32,000 nt of DNA from Candidatus Pelagibacter ubique HTCC1062 (GTDB lineage: Bacteria > Pseudomonadota > Alphaproteobacteria > Pelagibacterales > Pelagibacteraceae): the NCBI RefSeq assembly GCF_000012345.1, contig NC_007205.1, positions 630,001 through 662,000 of the forward strand, in the 5' to 3' direction. Below the pieces are notes generated by a model. That model saw only the letters and a list, made by a program, of their open reading frames with translations. It searched no databases and was not told the DNA's origin. A program made the position numbers and the translations under genes. This document shows positions 27,505 through 32,000 of the stretch, piece by piece (the stretch's first letter is position 1; each line of letters begins with the position of its first letter).

Positions 27505-28053
27505 ATGATAAACTTTAAGATAATTAGATTAACAGTGTTAATATTTGCTTTATTCTTTACAGCAAGTTGTATAAACAATAACTCTATGAAACCGACAGAT
27601 TTTAAAAACACTGAACCAACTATGACTATAGAGCAATATTTTAATGGTCCGGTTAAAGCATGGGGTCTACTACAAGACCGTAGTGGTAAAGTTACTAGAC
27701 AGTTTAAAGCTGATATGACAGGTAGTTTTGAGGGAGATATTTTAACTCTTAAAGAAGATTTTTATTGGACAGACGGAGAAAAACAAAATCGTATATGGAA
27801 AATCAAAAAGATTGATCAAAATTATTACGAAGGAACGGCACCCGATGTCGTCGGTACAGCTAAAGGTTATCAATATGGATCAGCTTTTAAATTTGAGTAC
27901 GATTTAATGGTCCCATTTAAAGGAAAGAATATTAAAGTTTCTTTTGATGATTGGATTTTTAAACAGGATGAAGATGTTGCAATTAATCGAGCTACACTTA
28001 CAAAGTTTGGATTTAAAGTTGGTGAATTGACAGTTTTCTTTAAAAAAAATTAA
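27505..28053 (+). CDS. DUF3833 family lipoprotein
   Basis: Lipobox (FFTASC). EQYFNGPVKAWGLLQDRSGKVTRQF...G.F.GD matches my recollection of the DUF3833 core. Its stop overlaps the convergent SDR stop within TTAA. Confidence 0.7.
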   Translation: MINFKIIRLTVLIFALFFTASCINNNSMKPTDFKNTEPTMTIEQYFNGPVKAWGLLQDRSGKVTRQFKADMTGSFEGDILTLKEDFYWTDGEKQNRIWKIKKIDQNYYEGTAPDVVGTAKGYQYGSAFKFEYDLMVPFKGKNIKVSFDDWIFKQDEDVAINRATLTKFGFKVGELTVFFKKN

Positions 28054-28811
28054 TAATCAATCTTCTTCATACCTCTAGCAACTAGTTTAAAATATAAACT
28101 ACTAGGTAGCATTTGAAGGAATTTTAAAAAATAGGTAAAGGCTTTGGGGAAATGTATTTCAAAACTTTTTTTGATTACTAATCCTTTATAAATTTCATCT
28201 GCAGCAAATTCTGGAGTTTTGATCATGGGCATTGGAAAATCATTTTGATCAGTCATAGGCGTTTTTATGAAACCGGGGCTGATTAACGAAACACGCACAT
28301 TCTTCATTCTCATATCAAAGTTTAAGCTTTCAGCAAAGCTAGTAAGTGCTGATTTTGAAGCACAATATGCACCAGCTGCAGGTAATCCTCTATAGCCCGC
28401 AACTGAAGAAATTATAGATATTTGGCCATTTTTTTTCTCAGAAAAATAATCATAGATTGAATTAATTGAATTCATGGTTCCAAAATAATTAACTTCCATT
28501 ATTTCTCTTATCTTGTCTAAATTAAATTTTTTTTCTGATTTTGGATCATGCATGCCAGTACCGAACACACAGATATCAATATTATTAAATTGTTTGATTA
28601 TGTCTTTTGCGACTAATTTACATGCATCGACTTCAGTAACATCCAAAGGAAAAGGAAATATATTTTGATTAATTTTTTTAAGTTCATTTAATAAATTTTC
28701 ACGTCTTGCAGATGCAGCAACCATCCACCCATTTTCTGCAAATTTGATTGCAAGAGCCTTACCAATTCCACTACTTGCACCTGTTATCCAAATAACTTTT
28801 TTATCTTCCAT
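28050..28811 (-). CDS. Short-chain dehydrogenase/reductase (classical SDR)
   Basis: Cofactor motif ITGASSGIGKA. Catalytic S...YCASK. PG motif ISPGFIKTPM. Confidence 0.88.
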   Translation of the reverse strand: MEDKKVIWITGASSGIGKALAIKFAENGWMVAASARRENLLNELKKINQNIFPFPLDVTEVDACKLVAKDIIKQFNNIDICVFGTGMHDPKSEKKFNLDKIREIMEVNYFGTMNSINSIYDYFSEKKNGQISIISSVAGYRGLPAAGAYCASKSALTSFAESLNFDMRMKNVRVSLISPGFIKTPMTDQNDFPMPMIKTPEFAADEIYKGLVIKKSFEIHFPKAFTYFLKFLQMLPSSLYFKLVARGMKKIDY

Positions 28812-28812
28812 A

Positions 28813-28830
28813 TTCTATTGTATAATAGAA
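28813..28830. repeat. Perfect inverted repeat TTCTATT-GTAT-AATAGAA between the divergent SDR and tspO start codons (candidate operator)
   Basis: Read directly: 28813-28819 TTCTATT is the reverse complement of 28824-28830 AATAGAA, with a 4-nt spacer. A TATAAT hexamer (28821-28826) lies inside it, 6 nt before the tspO ATG. Confidence 0.5.
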
Positions 28831-28832
28831 AT

Positions 28833-29300
28833 ATGTTAAAAAACAAATTCTTATCTTTTTTATTGTTTGCTCTTGTAACTTTTTCTGCATCTGCAATAGG
28901 AGGTTTAGCTACTGTAGGTTTTAAAGAGCCTTGGTATTCTTTAATCATCAAACCTTCATTTAATCCACCAGATTGGATTTTTGCACCAGTTTGGACAACA
29001 CTCTATTTTTTTATGACAATTGCTATCTGGAAATTTTGGCATAGTAAAAATAGAGACATGAACACTATTTACCTTTATTTCATTCATTTAATTTTTAATA
29101 CAACTTGGAGTATAGTTTTTTTTGTTTTTCATAAAATAGTTTTAGCTATGATTGTATTAGTAATTTTAATTTTATTGATAATTATTCTCATAATTAGATT
29201 TAAGCGTGTCAACTTGTATAGTTATTATTTAATGATTCCTTATTTACTTTGGTGTCTCTTTGCTTTACTTCTTAATATAAGTTTAATCATATTAAATTAA
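28833..29300 (+). CDS. tspO: TspO/MBR family tryptophan-rich sensory protein
   Basis: Five-TM protein with W..L.KPSFNPPDWIFAPVWTTLYFFM..A.W and later Trp-rich helices. The ORF opens at TTG 28818, but ATG 28833 (MLKNKF...) is the more likely start. Confidence 0.85.
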   Translation: MLKNKFLSFLLFALVTFSASAIGGLATVGFKEPWYSLIIKPSFNPPDWIFAPVWTTLYFFMTIAIWKFWHSKNRDMNTIYLYFIHLIFNTTWSIVFFVFHKIVLAMIVLVILILLIIILIIRFKRVNLYSYYLMIPYLLWCLFALLLNISLIILN

Positions 29301-29308
29301 AATAAATT

Positions 29309-30412
29309 ATGGATGATGTTGTAATAGTAGGTGGTGGAATAATTGGAACTGCTACAGCTTATTTTTTATCTAAAGAAGGTAGAAAAGTAAAAGTTATAGA
29401 AAGAGACCCAACTTATAAAACAGCTTCATTTCCATTGTCCCTTGGTGGATTTAGAAGACAGTTTTTTCAAAAAGAAAACATATTACTTGGAAAGTTTGCT
29501 AGAGAATTTATTTTTCAAATACCAGAATTACTTAAAACTGAAAAAAATCCAAACCCTACAGCAAGCATGGTTACAAATGGCTACTTGTTAATGTTTGGTC
29601 CAGAGCATGCTGAGGAACAATATGAAGCCTTAAAAAATCATGAAGCTTGTGAAGCTGGAACTAAAAATATCAAAGGTTCTGAACTATCAAAAATATTTCC
29701 TTATATAAATAGTGAAGGTATTGAAACAGCAACTTATACTGACAACCAAAGTGAGGGATGGATTGATCCTTTCATGTTTCATAGCGCCTTAAAAAGTAAG
29801 GCAATTGAATTAGGTGCTGAATTTATTAAAGGTGAAGTGAAAAATATTTCAGATATCAAAGCTAAAACAATTATTTCGGCAGCAGGATGTTGGACTAAAG
29901 AATTACTAAAAGATATCCCAGTAGTTCCGCAAAAACACACAGTTTTTAGAGTTAAATGCCCTAAATATATTAAAGAAATGCCATTAACAGGAGATTTAAC
30001 AACGGGTGTTTACTGGAGACCTGAGGGTGGAGAGTATTTAGCAGGTTCACCTAATTCAGTATTTGATGCTACTGATCTAGAACCAGCTTGGAATGATTTT
30101 GAAGAATTAGTATGGCCTGCATTAGCACAAAGAATTCCTGCTTTTGAAGAATTAAAATTAACTGGTGGATGGGCTGGTTATTATGATTGCAATAAATTAG
30201 ACAACAATGCCGTAGTTGGTAAACACCCTAAATATGAAAATGTATATATGGCTTCAGGTTTTACCGGTAGAGGATTAATGCAAGCACCTGGAATAGGAAG
30301 AGCATTAACTGAATTAATCTCTACAGGATCTTATCAAACGATTGATATTAGTGATTTTTCTGTTGAAAGAGTTCTTGATAATAATGCTAGACCAGAACCC
30401 TATGTATTATAA
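29309..30412 (+). CDS. FAD-dependent oxidoreductase, DAO family (substrate unknown)
   Basis: DVVIVGGGIIGTATAYFLSKEG.KV.VIERD dinucleotide-binding motif, followed by SLGGFRRQF. C-terminal SGFTGRGLMQAPGIG, typical of the D-amino-acid / sarcosine-oxidase-like flavoproteins. Confidence 0.8.
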   Translation: MDDVVIVGGGIIGTATAYFLSKEGRKVKVIERDPTYKTASFPLSLGGFRRQFFQKENILLGKFAREFIFQIPELLKTEKNPNPTASMVTNGYLLMFGPEHAEEQYEALKNHEACEAGTKNIKGSELSKIFPYINSEGIETATYTDNQSEGWIDPFMFHSALKSKAIELGAEFIKGEVKNISDIKAKTIISAAGCWTKELLKDIPVVPQKHTVFRVKCPKYIKEMPLTGDLTTGVYWRPEGGEYLAGSPNSVFDATDLEPAWNDFEELVWPALAQRIPAFEELKLTGGWAGYYDCNKLDNNAVVGKHPKYENVYMASGFTGRGLMQAPGIGRALTELISTGSYQTIDISDFSVERVLDNNARPEPYVL

Positions 30413-30440
30413 ATTTTTATAAAAAATGGTATAGTTTTTT

Positions 30441-30977
30441 ATGAAACTTCATATAGGTGGTAAAATTCAAAAAAGTGGGTGGAAAATATTAAACATTCAA
30501 AATAAAGATGGTGTAGATTTTATTGGTGATATTTCTGATTTAAGTCAATTTGAAGATGAATCTATTAATGAAATTTACGCTAGCCATGTTTTTGAGCATG
30601 TGCCACAAAAAAAAATTATAAGTACTTTAAGTGGAATCAATAGGGTTTTAAAAACTGGTGGAAAGTTTTATGTATCTGTTCCAGACATAGATATTTTATT
30701 TAAATTTTTTTTAATGCCACTAAAAGATTATGCAACTAAAATTGATAAAACTGAAGGTGAAATAAAAATGCATGTATTAAGAATGATCTTTGGAGGTCAA
30801 ACCGATGATTATGATTTTCATTATTTTGGTTGGAATTTTGGTTTTTTAAAGTCTGCTCTTGAAAAAACTAAATTTACAAAAATTGAAAAAGTAATAAATT
30901 TCGATATATTTGAAGATACAAGTTCTTATAAACCTTATGGTTTCCCAATAAGTTTAAATGTTGTAGCTTTTAAATAG
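30441..30977 (+). CDS. Small class-I methyltransferase-like protein (Methyltransf_11-like) with a degenerate motif I
   Basis: The pattern LHIGGK....GW.ILNIQ....DFIGDISDLSQFEDESINEIYASHVFEHV....L..INRVLKTGGKFYVSVPD matches the small LxLGCG...GW.N.D...ASHVLEHL...RVLKPGG family. However, the glycine-rich LGCG is replaced by IGGK. Confidence 0.55.
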   Translation: MKLHIGGKIQKSGWKILNIQNKDGVDFIGDISDLSQFEDESINEIYASHVFEHVPQKKIISTLSGINRVLKTGGKFYVSVPDIDILFKFFLMPLKDYATKIDKTEGEIKMHVLRMIFGGQTDDYDFHYFGWNFGFLKSALEKTKFTKIEKVINFDIFEDTSSYKPYGFPISLNVVAFK

Positions 30978-30986
30978 ATCTAAAGA

Positions 30987-32000
30987 TTAGGTCCCACAAA
31001 AAGTTTGGTATTTTTCATCACTATGTGGAGCAGGTGACATAAGCTCTAAATCTCCGTTATTAACTAGGTAAGGATTTTTTAATATTTTTATTAATTTATT
31101 AAACAAGGTTAAATCACCATTATTAGCTAACATTAAAGCCTCTTCAATTTTGTGATTACGAGGTATTACCATCGGGTTACAAGAACTCATTAAGTCCACA
31201 GATTTATCATGAGTGTTACCAAACATTACTAATCTTTTCATCCATTTAGTTTTCCACAAATCAAAGTCCGCATTATCATAAACTTCAGAATTTTTAATTG
31301 TCTTATTCATCAAAAAAATAAAAGTATTTGTATAATCTGCTTTTTTTTCTTTCATCCAATTTAATAATTCCATAATTAAATTTTTATCTTCTTTATCTTC
31401 ACCATATAACCCAAGCTTATCTCTCATCATATTTAACCATTTTGTTTCATAATTTTGTTCAAATTTATCTAAAGCCTCTGTAGCTAATTTAATCGCTTCA
31501 TCTTCATTGGTACTAATAAGAGGAATTAGACATTCAGCAAACCTTGTTAAATTCCATTTGGTAATTTTTGGTTGATTTTCATAGGCATACCTTCCTAGTT
31601 GATCTATTGAACTAAAAACTGTTTTAGGATCATAAACATCCATAAAGGCGCAAGGACCATAATCTATTGTTTCACCAGAGATAGACATATTGTCAGTATT
31701 CATAACCCCATGAATAAAACCAACACGCATCCAATCAATTACAAGTTGGGTTTGTTTTTCGATTAAAACATTTAGTAAGTCTAATGCTTTATTCTTTGAT
31801 GATTTTATATTGGGGTAGTACTTTTCAATTGTGTAATTAATTAAGATTTCTAAATCACTAATATTTTGTTTTGCAGCAATGTATTGAAATGTTCCAACTC
31901 TTAGATGGCCTAAGGCCACCCTTGTAAGAATTGCACCTTGTGAAATTTGTTCCCTAACCACATCTTCACCAGTTTTAACTACCGCTAAACTTCTAGTAGT
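30987..32000 (-). CDS. selO: Protein adenylyltransferase SelO (YdiU/UPF0061), C-terminal two-thirds; 5' end outside the window
   Basis: The frame stays open to nt 32000 (TTRSLAVVKTGEDVVREQ...), so the listed GTG is not the real start. ILTRVALGHLRVGTFQY and GFIHGVMNTDNMSISGETIDYGPCAFMD are hallmark SelO blocks. The C-terminus is ...FCGT, with Cys encoded by TGT. Confidence 0.9.
   Translation of the reverse strand, partial: TTRSLAVVKTGEDVVREQISQGAILTRVALGHLRVGTFQYIAAKQNISDLEILINYTIEKYYPNIKSSKNKALDLLNVLIEKQTQLVIDWMRVGFIHGVMNTDNMSISGETIDYGPCAFMDVYDPKTVFSSIDQLGRYAYENQPKITKWNLTRFAECLIPLISTNEDEAIKLATEALDKFEQNYETKWLNMMRDKLGLYGEDKEDKNLIMELLNWMKEKKADYTNTFIFLMNKTIKNSEVYDNADFDLWKTKWMKRLVMFGNTHDKSVDLMSSCNPMVIPRNHKIEEALMLANNGDLTLFNKLIKILKNPYLVNNGDLELMSPAPHSDEKYQTFCGT

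Noticed and set aside
1-32000. A search for CRISPR arrays, transposases or IS ends, integrases, phage genes, toxin-antitoxin pairs, restriction-modification or other defence genes, and tRNA or rRNA genes.
   Set aside because: No spacer-repeat periodicity, long terminal inverted repeats or recombinase-like ORFs were seen. All non-coding gaps except the riboswitch are 108 nt or shorter and AT-rich, which is too small and unstructured for tRNA or rRNA genes. Every sizeable ORF is accounted for by a housekeeping or metabolic family.

Overview
The window is about 97% coding, very AT-rich and has almost no intergenic DNA. Many neighbouring genes overlap by 1-14 nt. This looks like a streamlined marine alphaproteobacterium of the SAR11 / 'Candidatus Pelagibacter' type; that assignment is my inference from composition, gene packing and protein families, not a search result. 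Gene order is: alaS (3' part), icd, psd-pssA-GT8-rlmE, guaB-(small TPR)-guaA, gloA, panB, a TerC-family gene, and a LIV-type ABC transporter with a divergent binding-protein gene. Then come a DUF1445 (D-glutamate-cyclase-like) gene, a small TPR gene, pxpA/pxpBC (5-oxoprolinase) and an EamA exporter. A tandem glycine riboswitch precedes gcvT-gcvH-gcvP. A lipid-modification-like cluster follows (COG2907 flavoprotein, DUF1365, CFA-synthase-like, DUF3833, SDR, TspO), then a DAO-family flavoprotein, a small methyltransferase-like gene and selO (5' end outside the window). I found no rRNA or tRNA genes, CRISPR arrays, transposases, integrases, phage genes or recognisable defence systems, so this reads as core genome rather than an accessory island. 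The observations most worth following up are: (1) a perfect 10-nt complementarity between the inter-aptamer linker of the glycine riboswitch and the gcvT start-codon region, a candidate translational expression platform; (2) the flavoprotein-DUF1365-CFA-DUF3833-SDR-TspO cluster, a possible photo-oxidative or furan-fatty-acid lipid module with no visible regulator, starting 12 nt after gcvP; (3) the LIV transporter / DUF1445 / PxpABC / EamA neighbourhood as a possible D-glutamate / 5-oxoproline salvage locus; (4) an IMP dehydrogenase that naturally lacks the CBS (Bateman) domain. All functional calls rest on remembered family motifs read by eye; no database search was possible.
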